This document shows, in pieces, positions 1-9,210 of a stretch of DNA of 24,673 bases. Source of the DNA: Myxococcota bacterium (GTDB taxonomy: Bacteria > Myxococcota_A > UBA796 > UBA2385). Each line of letters starts with the position of its first letter. Position 1 is the stretch's first letter. A program made the position numbers and the translations under genes. A model generated the notes under the pieces. That model did no database searches and was not told where the DNA came from. It saw only the letters and a program-made list of their open reading frames with translations. Where the stretch lies: the NCBI GenBank assembly GCA_044344255.1, contig JBIJDH010000049.1:1-24673 (forward strand), read 5' to 3'.

Positions 1-1433
1 GACAACCGCCCAGCCAGATCCTTGAGGCGGATGTTCTCGGCGCGCAGGGCGGCAAGCTCCTCCTCGTGGGCCATGGAGCCACGCTCGACGAGCAGGTCCC
101 TGACACGCGCCCGGAGCTTCTCCACCTCTGCCACGCGGGCGTCCAGGTCGATGCCCCCCGCCTCCTCCACAGCCCGCGCCAGCCGGTCTCGCTCCAGGGC
201 CAGCTCCAGGTTCCGCCTGCGCGACTCATCCAGCATCAAGCGAGCCTCGTCTCGCTCTTCGGCGAGTCGAGCGGCGGTCGCAGCGCCCACCCGAGCCTCG
301 GCCTGCGCCAGGGCGGCCCGCCGCAGCGCGAGGTCGTGCTCTTCGGTGTCGAGGTACTCTTCGCGGTGTTCGGCGAGGGCCTCTCGGTGGGTAACTTCGC
401 GGAGGTTTCGCTGGATCTCCGCCTCGCGGCGCTCCACGTCCGCGACGGTGGTATCGACGTCGCGCTCGCGCTCGCTCACCGCGTCCTCCCGATTCTTTGC
501 GGTCCCGATCCGCGCCGCTGCCTCAGCCTGCGCCTGGTCGACGATCCGCGCTGCTTCGGCGCCCGCGGCGTTGCGGGCCTGCTCGGTCTCCACGCGAATG
601 CGCTCCTCCGCTCGTCGCTCGGCGACGAGCCGCGCCGCCTCAGCGTCGGCCTTTTCCTTCTCCGCCGCCGCGCGGGTGTTCGCCGCCGCCTTGCGCGCGG
701 CCTCGAGGAGGACCGCCGCCTCGGCGCGCGACCCTTCGAGCGCCTCCCCGGCCTTCTTGGCGGCCTCTTCCCGCGCCTTGCGCGCATCGGCCCGAGCCTC
801 GGTTCGGATCCGTTCGGCTTCGGCCTGCGCCTCGACCGGCGCTCCGCCCGCCACCCGCGCGGCCTCGTTCTTCGCGGCCGCCAAGACGAGACCGGCCTCC
901 TTGCGGGCCTCGGTGAGGGCGGACGCGGCTTCCTTGTGGGCCGAACCCAACAGAGCGTCCGCCTCCGTCCGGAGGCGCACAGCCTCTGCGTTCGCGGAAC
1001 GGAGCGCCTCCTCGGCCTTCTTGCGGCCAGCCGCCGCGTAGTCGTCCGCTGCGTTGCGGATCGTGGTCGCCACTTCGTCGGCCTCGCCTCGGAGCAGTGC
1101 CAGCTCATCCTCCACCGTATGCCAGCGCTGTGCACACTTGGCCGCGACGAAGCCCTCAGCTTCCGTCACCAGGCGTTCACGCTCGGCCTCGAAGTGCTTC
1201 TGGGACTGTGTAGCGCGTTCGCACTCAGCGATGGCCTTCAGTCGCTCTTCGTCAGCCTGCGCCTTCTGCCGCCCGAGGTCGTCTTTCTGAGCCTTGTAGG
1301 CGTTCGCCTTTGGCTGAAGGTCGGCGACCTGCACCTCCAATTCGGCGACTCGCCGGCGGAGCGCGTCGGCGTCGACCGGGGCCCCGGGCGCGGACGAAGG
1401 CAAGATAGAGGATAGCGTGGTCTTTTTCGACAT
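1..1433 (-). CDS. Long coiled-coil protein, 3'-truncated by the window edge; probably the N-terminal coiled coil of a CnuA/CnuB-like (McrB-associated) CoCoNuT component
   Basis: Not in the ORF track. ATG at 1433 overlaps the upstream stop (TGATG). Manual translation MSKKTTLSSILPSS...DALRRRVAELEVQVADLQPKANAYKAQKDDL... stays open to base 1 (477 codons) and is A/E/R/K-rich and helical throughout. The CoCoNuT role is inferred from gene order only. Confidence 0.85.
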   Translation of the reverse strand, partial: MSKKTTLSSILPSSAPGAPVDADALRRRVAELEVQVADLQPKANAYKAQKDDLGRQKAQADEERLKAIAECERATQSQKHFEAERERLVTEAEGFVAAKCAQRWHTVEDELALLRGEADEVATTIRNAADDYAAAGRKKAEEALRSANAEAVRLRTEADALLGSAHKEAASALTEARKEAGLVLAAAKNEAARVAGGAPVEAQAEAERIRTEARADARKAREEAAKKAGEALEGSRAEAAVLLEAARKAAANTRAAAEKEKADAEAARLVAERRAEERIRVETEQARNAAGAEAARIVDQAQAEAAARIGTAKNREDAVSERERDVDTTVADVERREAEIQRNLREVTHREALAEHREEYLDTEEHDLALRRAALAQAEARVGAATAARLAEERDEARLMLDESRRRNLELALERDRLARAVEEAGGIDLDARVAEVEKLRARVRDLLVERGSMAHEEELAALRAENIRLKDLAGRL

Positions 1434-2947
1434 CAGTGGCTCAAGCGGGGGAAGAGGGCGTCGAGGACGGCGGCGGCGGCGGCGGTCACGCTCTCGACCG
1501 CGCGGCGTAGGGTGTCGTCATGGGCAGTGTTGAGGTGGGCGCCCATCGTGTTCCGGTGCTCGAACATCACGCACAGGTGACGCCAGAAGCCGGGCTGCGC
1601 GGACAGGAGGGTTGACACACGCAGACATCCCGGCGGGACCGCTGCAGCGACGAGCGGCGCCGCCAGCAGCGCCGCGCCGTGAAGGTCGCGCTTCCACCCG
1701 CGCCACCTCGGCTCCCAGGTCTGCCCGTTCTTCGTGGCAAGACGAAAGAGCGACCCCGGCAGACCGCGCGCTGCGGACTCGGGGATCTCGAAGCCAACGC
1801 CGTCATGATCCGGCGGCGCCAGGCCACGTGTGCGCTCCGCGAGGTGCTTCGCTGCGTGCTCGGGGTCCGCGGGTAGGCTCCGACAAAACTCTGCCAGCCA
1901 GGTCGCGTCGGGTGCCCAGTCGCGGGGCAGGAGGTCGAACAGGATGGCCTCTGCGACGATGCCATACTGATGGATGACCTTGCCGGGGCGCTCGCGACCG
2001 TTCTCCGCCCGCATCTGGCGAATGACGGCGTCTTCCAACTCCCGTCGGACCACCGGTGGTAGCGCCCTGCTCCGCAGGTCTGCGAGGAGCCGCTCACGGG
2101 CAGCTTGGACGGCCTCGTCCCTCTCCTCCTCGACTTCCAGGAGGAAGCGCTCGTCCGCCTCACGGCGCAGCTCACGGAGCGCGGCGTCCAGCGCCGGGAG
2201 GCTGGCGCGCGCCCGCTCCAACCGATGGACGTAGCGGGCACCGTCTTCCAACCGGCCGAAAGGGCAGCCTGCGCGAAACTCCGGGCCGCCTTGTCCCCGG
2301 TCGAACCAGACGTCCACCGCGAGGGAATCCCAGATGCCTTCACCGACGATCTCGAAATCCGCCTCGGCCGACTTGCGGCGCTCGGCGTCCGCCATCGTGA
2401 CCACCTCGTCGTCGTTCTCGTCGCCCCATACGACCCCACCGCGGTCGAGCCGCATCGCGAGTTTGAGCGCGTCGGCCAGCCGCATCCGCCAGCCGAGGTC
2501 AGGCTTTCCGCCCCTGGTGTCGACCCTCACCTCGACCTCCCCGCTGCGCGGTGCGGTACGTCGGAGGTCACCCTCGGCGAGGAAGGGGAGGGCCGCGCCG
2601 GAGAGGTCGTCCCGCAGGATCCAACCGATCCGCTGTTCGTCCACTTCGACGTTGGCGCGCCGGCGCTCGCCGACCTCGGTGATGCGCCCCTCGGCGTCGA
2701 GAGAGCCATCCCCGAGCAGCGTGTCGCGGATGGCGCGAACGAGCTCCGGGTCGACGTCGACCATCTCCGCGATCCGCTCGGGATCGTGCTGACCAAGTCG
2801 AGCGAGGTCGAGAATCAGACGTGCGAAGGGGTCTGGGCGACGTGCAGTGGCCAGATGCAGGCGAGCACGGAAGACCGTCACCGGCCATTGGAGAGTGCGG
2901 GAGCAGAGGGCCCCTTGGGGCGCACGGACACGCCTACACAGAATCAT
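1433..2947 (-). CDS. wHTH + HEPN-domain effector (CnuE-like putative RNase)
   Basis: N-terminal winged-helix pattern (DPFARLILDLARLG..PERIAEMVDVDPELVRAIRDTL..ITEVG). C-terminal RNTMGAH (Rx5H, nt 1535-1555) with an upstream helical E (VAEAIL). GGAGGG SD; overlaps the helicase stop by 14 nt. Confidence 0.7.
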   Translation of the reverse strand: MILCRRVRAPQGALCSRTLQWPVTVFRARLHLATARRPDPFARLILDLARLGQHDPERIAEMVDVDPELVRAIRDTLLGDGSLDAEGRITEVGERRRANVEVDEQRIGWILRDDLSGAALPFLAEGDLRRTAPRSGEVEVRVDTRGGKPDLGWRMRLADALKLAMRLDRGGVVWGDENDDEVVTMADAERRKSAEADFEIVGEGIWDSLAVDVWFDRGQGGPEFRAGCPFGRLEDGARYVHRLERARASLPALDAALRELRREADERFLLEVEEERDEAVQAARERLLADLRSRALPPVVRRELEDAVIRQMRAENGRERPGKVIHQYGIVAEAILFDLLPRDWAPDATWLAEFCRSLPADPEHAAKHLAERTRGLAPPDHDGVGFEIPESAARGLPGSLFRLATKNGQTWEPRWRGWKRDLHGAALLAAPLVAAAVPPGCLRVSTLLSAQPGFWRHLCVMFEHRNTMGAHLNTAHDDTLRRAVESVTAAAAAVLDALFPRLSH

Positions 2948-5942
2948 GGCAGCCCTCCGCGCTCACACGCTCCCAGAGCTTGTTCAAGGCATCGACCTGC
3001 CGGACGGTCCCGACATGACCGAAGGCCACCAGCAGGCGCCGGGCTCTGCTCATCGCCACGTTCAATCGGTTCGGCATCGCTAGGAATCCGACCTCGCCGC
3101 GCGCCCGTACACAGGAGAGGAACACGGCGTCGAACTCGCGCCCCTGGAACGCGTCCACCGTGCCGATGCTGACCCGCGCCGGCCACCCCCTCTCCTCACC
3201 GAGCTGGCGGAGGAGTCCGACTTGCTGGGCATAGAAGGAGATCACCCCCACGGTCCAGTCGGCGCCGCCGAGGCTGTCGAGCAGGGCGTCCACGCGATCC
3301 GCGAGCTTCTCCGCCTCCGGACGACGATGGTAGCGCCCCGTCTCCGCTGCACCCCCCACGTGGACGAAGGCCAGCGGCTTGCCGTCAAAGAGCCCCGTAT
3401 TGTTGGCGAGTGCCTCGGCATCCGTCTCTGACTTGAGGGTGCCACCGTAGAAGGTGTCGCTGATCAGCCGGCCGATCACAGGGTGCATCCGGAACTGGTC
3501 GTTCAGCCGTTGCACGCGGGTGATTCCCCCCGGAGGACAAGTAGCGTACAGGTCCCAGAGGCGCGAGAAGAGGCTCTGGCGCAGGACCGCCGACGCGTCC
3601 ATCGCCCGACCCCCGTGGACCGCGGCTTCCAGGCGCGGCTCGAGCATGTGGGGTAGCTGCTCCTGGTCGCCAACGAGGATGATCCGGCGGCCGATCGCAA
3701 GCGCCACGAGCATGTCGAGCGGATTGGCGCGAGCGGCCTCGTCCACAATCACCGTGTCGAACTGGTCGTGCAATTCGCGCATGTCTCGTCCGACGGCCTG
3801 GGAGACCGTCGAGCCGACCGCGTTGGCGTACCTCGCGAGCACCTCGGGGACGACGGTCGGGTCGTCGACCAGCCGCTGCTCGAAGCGCCTCAGCGCGTCG
3901 GCGAGACCTGGCCCGGTGCGCGCTGCCTCCCCGTCCGCCCAGGCGAGGATCTCATTGAGCACTGTATCAATCTCCGCGGGGACTTGGTCAGGCGGGTGGG
4001 GCGGGGCCGGTGCGAAAAGGATGGCGAGTGCGTCGAGCGTGACACCGAGCTCGGCGAGGAAACCTGGGGGAGCCGGGGTGAAGTCCGGGAGATGTTCGGC
4101 GCGCTCCACGATCGAGAACGTCTCCGCCGTCGGCCACCGACCGACCGCCTGGAGGGCATCCTGGTTCTGGCGGAGCACGCGACCGAGCTTCCGCGCCCGC
4201 CCGGATCCGCCGTCTCTCCAGGCCAGCTCTCCGGTCAGTTGCTGGGCGAGGATGCTCGCGAGCCGCTGGCGGGTGGTCTCGTCCAGCGCGGCCGCTGGCT
4301 TCGCCTCGAGCGCCTTCTCGCCGGCGTCGAGCCGACGGAGCAGGTCGGCCGGGGACGCCGCGCCGAGCATCGAGCGAAGCTCGCGAAGCAGCGCCTGGGC
4401 TCCAGGACGCCCGCCGGGCCGGCGCCGCCAGGCTCTGGCGAGACGCCAAAGCTCCTCGGCGCGCGCCGTAGCCGGCGTGGCATCGGGGAGGCCGTCGAGT
4501 GCACGACGAGCGGCGGCAAGGCGATCCTCGATCCACGCCTGCACCGGACGCAGTCCCTCGGAAGGGTCCTCGCCCCGTGCGCCGCCGATTCGAATCGCCG
4601 GCACCCCGCCGGTCTCGACGCCGTCCAGCACGCGCAGGACCGCCTGGTGCTGGTAGGCGGTGAGCAGCACCGGCGAACGCTTCTCTTCATGAAGGCGCTG
4701 GGTGACTACGCGAATCACCGTGGTCTTTCCCGTTCCAGGCGGCCCCTGGATCAGGGCGATGTCCGGAGTGTTCAACGCGATGTTGACGGCGGCGCGCTGC
4801 GCGATTGTGAGCTCGCGCCCGCCGAGCGACCGAATGGTCACCCCGGTGAGGGTTCGCAGGTCCGCGCCGACGCGTGCGGTCCGCCCGCGCCCGTCGAGCA
4901 CCTGGCGGAGGTCCGGCATCTGCGTCGTACCCTCCTGCATCCGCTCCAGGGCCGCACTGCGACGTTGGAGCCGGCGGGTATCGCCAGCGGTGGCCAGCAT
5001 CAGCACGCCCTCCGCCGGCACGCCATCCAGGCTGTCGGCCTCGCAGGTGATTCGGTCCAGGCTCACCGCCAGCCGCTGGCCGACTGCGATCTCCCGACCG
5101 TCCGCTGAGAGCACCGCCACATCGAAGTGCTGTTCCTCTTCGAACCAGCCCTCTCCAGGGGCGGATGGGAGGTGGAAGATCACCCTACGGGCATTGTCGG
5201 TGAGATCGAAGGACCGGTAAGGAACCCGGCCGAGGCGGCGCGCGAGGTCGGCGAGCACCTCCTGCTCGGCCCGCTGGTACTCCTTCCACACCCCGAACCA
5301 GGACGATCCTTCCTTCGCCGCGTTCTCAACCTCTGCGAGCGTGGTGGTGGAGACCAGGTCCTTCGCGGGCACGAGCTCGACTGTCGCGCGCAGGATCAGG
5401 GCCTGGGCCCGCGCCGCCCCGCGCTTGCGCAGACGAGTAACGACGTGCCGACCATTCTTCAGCTCGACGGCGAGCGACATCCGCCGCCCGACCAGCTCGA
5501 AGGGCTCAGCCGAGAGCGGCCGATCCGGGGTCCGTCCCCCGGTCCAAGCGAAGTAGCGCCCGTTGAGTTGGAACTCCTCCTCCAGCCATTCGGTAAGACG
5601 ACCACGCTTGCGAACGGGGAGGGACTCCTCGACCTCCGGGGGCAGCGCCAGGTGAAGGGTGTCGCCGACCGTGATCTCCCCGGCGAAGCGCTTACCAATC
5701 AGGATTGTCATGCCGCGCTCAGCTTCTTCGGCCACGACCAGCTTGGCGGGAGCGTCGAGCAGCTCGCGCAGCTCCGGCGCGCCCGAGACGACGGAAGCCG
5801 GGTAGTGGCCGCGCTCCGTCTCAATGGAGACGCCGCCGCCGTCGGCGGAGAGGAAGCACGGCCCGGCGACGTGCGCGTTCGGGTCGGCGCGGCGCACCCG
5901 TACCTGGAGCTCACGGCCGTGGGGCAGATCGTCCCACTTCAT
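2934..5942 (-). CDS. SF1 helicase, UPF1/DNA2-NAM7 family (AAA_11/AAA_12), CnuH-like
   Basis: Motifs IQGPPGTGKT, IVDEAARA, LVGDQEQLP, QFRMHPVI, VISFYAQQ, GTVDAFQGRE, NRLNVAMSRAR. Long beta-rich N-terminal extension and a large helical insert between motifs Ia and II. ATGA overlap with the kinase. Confidence 0.95.
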   Translation of the reverse strand: MKWDDLPHGRELQVRVRRADPNAHVAGPCFLSADGGGVSIETERGHYPASVVSGAPELRELLDAPAKLVVAEEAERGMTILIGKRFAGEITVGDTLHLALPPEVEESLPVRKRGRLTEWLEEEFQLNGRYFAWTGGRTPDRPLSAEPFELVGRRMSLAVELKNGRHVVTRLRKRGAARAQALILRATVELVPAKDLVSTTTLAEVENAAKEGSSWFGVWKEYQRAEQEVLADLARRLGRVPYRSFDLTDNARRVIFHLPSAPGEGWFEEEQHFDVAVLSADGREIAVGQRLAVSLDRITCEADSLDGVPAEGVLMLATAGDTRRLQRRSAALERMQEGTTQMPDLRQVLDGRGRTARVGADLRTLTGVTIRSLGGRELTIAQRAAVNIALNTPDIALIQGPPGTGKTTVIRVVTQRLHEEKRSPVLLTAYQHQAVLRVLDGVETGGVPAIRIGGARGEDPSEGLRPVQAWIEDRLAAARRALDGLPDATPATARAEELWRLARAWRRRPGGRPGAQALLRELRSMLGAASPADLLRRLDAGEKALEAKPAAALDETTRQRLASILAQQLTGELAWRDGGSGRARKLGRVLRQNQDALQAVGRWPTAETFSIVERAEHLPDFTPAPPGFLAELGVTLDALAILFAPAPPHPPDQVPAEIDTVLNEILAWADGEAARTGPGLADALRRFEQRLVDDPTVVPEVLARYANAVGSTVSQAVGRDMRELHDQFDTVIVDEAARANPLDMLVALAIGRRIILVGDQEQLPHMLEPRLEAAVHGGRAMDASAVLRQSLFSRLWDLYATCPPGGITRVQRLNDQFRMHPVIGRLISDTFYGGTLKSETDAEALANNTGLFDGKPLAFVHVGGAAETGRYHRRPEAEKLADRVDALLDSLGGADWTVGVISFYAQQVGLLRQLGEERGWPARVSIGTVDAFQGREFDAVFLSCVRARGEVGFLAMPNRLNVAMSRARRLLVAFGHVGTVRQVDALNKLWERVSAEGCHDSV

Positions 5943-7330
5943 TTGGCCCCCACGTTCTTCACGGTGACGCGCACCGCCCGTTTCCCGACCTGGAATGTGT
6001 CGCCGGTCGAGAGCCGCGCTCGAGCGCCAGGCGCCAACCGCTCCACCCCGCCCTTGCGGACGACCTCGAACGGTTCGGAGGCCTGGTTCTCCAGGGTCAG
6101 CCCGTCCTTTTCCGTCGAGACCATCGCGAGGGGCGTGTCACCGACCGCGGACTGCCGGAACAAGAGCTGTCGAGGGTAAAGCCGTCGCTCGCGCTCCACC
6201 ACGACCGGTCGCAACCCATCCGGGTGCGCACAATACAGCACGGCTGGGGCCGGGAGAGGCACGCGACACCACGGGCACGGCTTGTCTGAGAGCCAGCTCG
6301 TGTTCCCGCATGCCGAGCATTCGACCACGGCATCCACCGCCCGGCCGAGCACGTCGCCCCACACTCCCTCGGTGGGTCGGGAAGTGCGCTCGTGGAGGCC
6401 CCGCCCAAAGGCGCGGGCGAACGTGTCGCGCATCCCCTTTGAGAGCACGAGCTCACGCGGGAGTCCTGTGGCCGAACGGTTCGACGGATCGCCGCTGTCG
6501 ATCCACGGCAAGGCCCGCTCGCGGATGGCCGAGGCCCGCGCTTCGGCCGCCTCAACGGGCGGGAGCGGCATTCCTGTGTCCCGGAGTCCGCGCAGGGCAG
6601 CTTCCTCACCATCCGGTCCGCCGGCGCGGATGGCGTCGCCGAGCAGCGGGTGGGTCAGGACCAGGAGGTGGTAGAGCAGGACCGCCAGGGAGTGCGCATC
6701 CGTCTCGCGATCCGGCCGGTGCGTGCCCGCCAGCACCTCGGGTGCGATGAACCACGGCGTACCTTCTACGGTCGGCGCGCCATCTCCGAAAGTGAGGTTG
6801 TCGCAGTCGATGAGGCGAACCGCGGGCGGCCCCTTCGTCGAGGCGAACACATTGTCGAAGGAGAGGTCGCAGTACGCGAGTCCCTTCAAGTGAAGGTCAC
6901 GGAAGGCCTCACAGAGCGCCAGTCCGAGGAGCAGGCGTCGGCGGAGGCCGCCCGTCTCGGCATACCAGGTCCGGATCGGGGTCCCTGCCGGGATGTTTGC
7001 CAGTTTCGTGAAGCTCTCGGCGTCGACCACGCGATCCATGACGTGCCCCGTCCACGGGACGCGGAGCACACGTCGAGGGAGGATGAGCGCGGCTGTGGCC
7101 TGGAGCTGTCGGAGACGCTCCAGACGGGCTCGAGTGCGCTCCGCCTTCGCGGCGTCGAGGCCAAGGTAGACCTTGGCGCACTTCGGGCCCGAACCGTCAG
7201 CGCGCAGGCTGAACACAGCGCCCTGGCCGCCTCGGCCGATCTGCTCGTCGATGAAGTAGGTGGTGCCGTCAGTGGAGACCAGGCGCTCACCACGACCGGG
7301 CACGGCGTCGAGGAGAAGCGGGCGACTCAT
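5939..7330 (-). CDS. Ser/Thr protein kinase of TerY-P type with Zn ribbon and C-terminal FHA-like beta domain
   Basis: IGRGGQGAVF, AKVY, YCDLSFDN catalytic loop, LIDCDN, GTPWFIAPE, DAHSLAVLLY, then CSACG...CPWC. ATGA overlap with the PP2C gene. Confidence 0.92.
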   Translation of the reverse strand: MSRPLLLDAVPGRGERLVSTDGTTYFIDEQIGRGGQGAVFSLRADGSGPKCAKVYLGLDAAKAERTRARLERLRQLQATAALILPRRVLRVPWTGHVMDRVVDAESFTKLANIPAGTPIRTWYAETGGLRRRLLLGLALCEAFRDLHLKGLAYCDLSFDNVFASTKGPPAVRLIDCDNLTFGDGAPTVEGTPWFIAPEVLAGTHRPDRETDAHSLAVLLYHLLVLTHPLLGDAIRAGGPDGEEAALRGLRDTGMPLPPVEAAEARASAIRERALPWIDSGDPSNRSATGLPRELVLSKGMRDTFARAFGRGLHERTSRPTEGVWGDVLGRAVDAVVECSACGNTSWLSDKPCPWCRVPLPAPAVLYCAHPDGLRPVVVERERRLYPRQLLFRQSAVGDTPLAMVSTEKDGLTLENQASEPFEVVRKGGVERLAPGARARLSTGDTFQVGKRAVRVTVKNVGAK

Positions 7331-7983
7331 GGCGACCTCGGAGTGAGCAGTGCGACGGAGCGGTCATCGACCGCCCCGATGGTGGGCCAGGCGGTGAGCC
7401 AGGAGCGGAGCCGGCGACGGAGCGCGGCGCTCCCTTCGGTGCCGATCGCCATCAGGGCGCAAACCAGCTCGGCTTCGCACCCGGGGACGAGATCGTCGGA
7501 GACGCCGTCGGTGGCGAGGAAGACGGCCCGCACGTCGGAACGGCTCCAGGCCCGACATCGGACTGCCGCGCAGGGGAGGGCGTCGGTCTGGTTCGCCCAC
7601 TCGCCGCGGTCGCTTGGGAGGGCGTGCCACCCGTCCGCGAGCAGCACGCCCGCCAGGCCGTCCCCGGCCTGACCGACGTAGATGTGCAGGTCAGTCGCTA
7701 CGGCGAACAGACAGGTGGTGGCAACCTCCCGGTTGGCGTGGGTGACCTCGCGGAATCGGCGGCCGAGCAGCTCCCCGAGCGCCCTGGGAGTCACCCCGCC
7801 GCGGGCGGCATCCCGGACCTCGCCGAGGATAAGGGCAACGGCCGTGTGGCTCCCGAGGGAGCCGAGGCGCGCCGAGCCGACCCCGTCGGCCACGGCGATT
7901 GTGTCACCTTCCGGGGAGGTGTCCGCGCAGTCGTCGCTGGTCCGGTCCGGCCTGCCTGGCACGCTAACCGCCACAGCGAGCAT
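7327..7983 (-). CDS. PP2C-like protein phosphatase (TerY-P)
   Basis: IAVADGVGSA, GQAGDG, LATDGVSD, DDRSV. ATG at 7983 overlaps the vWA stop (TGATG). Confidence 0.92.
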   Translation of the reverse strand: MLAVAVSVPGRPDRTSDDCADTSPEGDTIAVADGVGSARLGSLGSHTAVALILGEVRDAARGGVTPRALGELLGRRFREVTHANREVATTCLFAVATDLHIYVGQAGDGLAGVLLADGWHALPSDRGEWANQTDALPCAAVRCRAWSRSDVRAVFLATDGVSDDLVPGCEAELVCALMAIGTEGSAALRRRLRSWLTAWPTIGAVDDRSVALLTPRSP

Positions 7984-8639
7984 CAATAAACCAGGTCGTC
8001 CGCGTCAAAGCCGCCGACGGGCGGCAGATTGGCCGCGTCCGGGTCACGGCTCTTCGTGCGGATCTGTATCGAGAAGGTAACCCACCGGAAGAAGTCGCGG
8101 ATCTTTGCTGTCTCCTGAGCCCGGAACACGGGTACTTCGGGGTTGGCAATGAAGCGCTTGAGCATCTCAACGTCGGCGTCATCGCCGATCGCGAGCGCGA
8201 GACGCGCCGCGCGCTTGCCTCGCTCGGAGGCGAGCAGCGCTCGGATGGCGCTGTCCGCGGCGTCGGTCGGCTGGCCGTCGCTCACGAGCACAAGCGTCGG
8301 GGTGTAGGCGCGACTGGGGATCCGCTCCCGGTCCTCGATGAGCTTCCGCGCTGCCTCGATGGCGGCGCCCATGGCGGTATTGCCGCCTGCGACATGCTCT
8401 TTCAAGACGAGGTCCTTGGCAGGCACCGGGGGTGCCACCTCCACCGTCGAGTTGAATACCACCATCCCGACGTGGATCTCCCCCTGCGGCGTTGCGGAGC
8501 CTCCCAAGTCCTGCGCCATCTCTTTGAGCGCAGCGTTCAGGGCGGCGATCTTCACGCCCTCCATGCTGCCGCTCGTGTCGAGCAGAAGGATGACCGGAAG
8601 GGGACGTGCGGCGGCGACGACGAAGGAGTCGAGGTCCAT
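7983..8639 (-). CDS. terY: TerY-type von Willebrand factor A domain protein
   Basis: RPLPVILLLDTSGSM (MIDAS DxSxS), GGNTAMGAA, PTLVLVSDGQPTD, FFRWVT. AGGAG SD just upstream of ATG 8639, so the track's start at 8732 is too far upstream. Confidence 0.9.
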   Translation of the reverse strand: MDLDSFVVAAARPLPVILLLDTSGSMEGVKIAALNAALKEMAQDLGGSATPQGEIHVGMVVFNSTVEVAPPVPAKDLVLKEHVAGGNTAMGAAIEAARKLIEDRERIPSRAYTPTLVLVSDGQPTDAADSAIRALLASERGKRAARLALAIGDDADVEMLKRFIANPEVPVFRAQETAKIRDFFRWVTFSIQIRTKSRDPDAANLPPVGGFDADDLVY

Positions 8640-8969
8640 GATTCTCCTGGGGTTCGAGTCGATGACGCACGGCGCGCGAGGTTCCGGACAGCACGAATGC
8701 AGAGAACGCCGCCACAGCCGGCCGACGGCCACGAGCCGGAGGTTTCAGCCTGAAATTGACCCCATCGTTCCTTAATGGCTCACCGGCAAGTCGGCACGCG
8801 CCTCTACCGCCTGGCTCCCAATTGCTGGTCGGTTCAGCCCGCAGACCCACACAGACTCGGGCGGGATCCCGCTGGAACGAAACGCCTCGACGCGCCACAC
8901 ATCGTGCGGACCGCTGGAGTCGTCGTTCATGTTGGTGGAAAGCAGACTCTCAGTGATTGGCGTTCCCAA

Positions 8970-9210
8970 TTACCGGGCACAAGCCAGCTTGGCGAGCCCC
9001 ATCGTGACCGCCGCCCGGCTCACCCCCTCCCGCCGGGCGAGGTCTGCCCGCGAGGCCACTTCGCCGGACTCCAGCATCCGATGCCAGCGCACCCACCGCT
9101 CGGGGCCGGTCTCCGCCTTGGGCTCTGGGGGCGTCCGGTCCCCTTCCTCTTCCGGCTCACCGCGCTCCCGCGGGTAGCGAGTCCGGCCCGTCCAGATTCC
9201 CCCTGCCGAC
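8970..9210 (-). CDS. Small HTH coding segment of the type found next to or fused to large serine recombinases; no clear start of its own
   Basis: ERWVRWHRMLESGEVASRADLARREGVSRAAVTMGL is a helix-turn-helix pattern. It lies in a different frame from the recombinase and the meaningful part begins just past the att-like core. Confidence 0.55.

Noticed and set aside
22..1415. Plus-strand ORFs of 339 and 449 aa, and similar long antisense ORFs such as 9481-10845, 3454-5108 and 18327-19568
   Set aside because: These are shadow frames of real genes in high-GC DNA, with low-complexity translations and no recognisable motifs.
7327..8639. Tellurite-resistance function for the TerY gene
   Set aside because: No terZABCDE genes are present; the context is the TerY-P defence triad.
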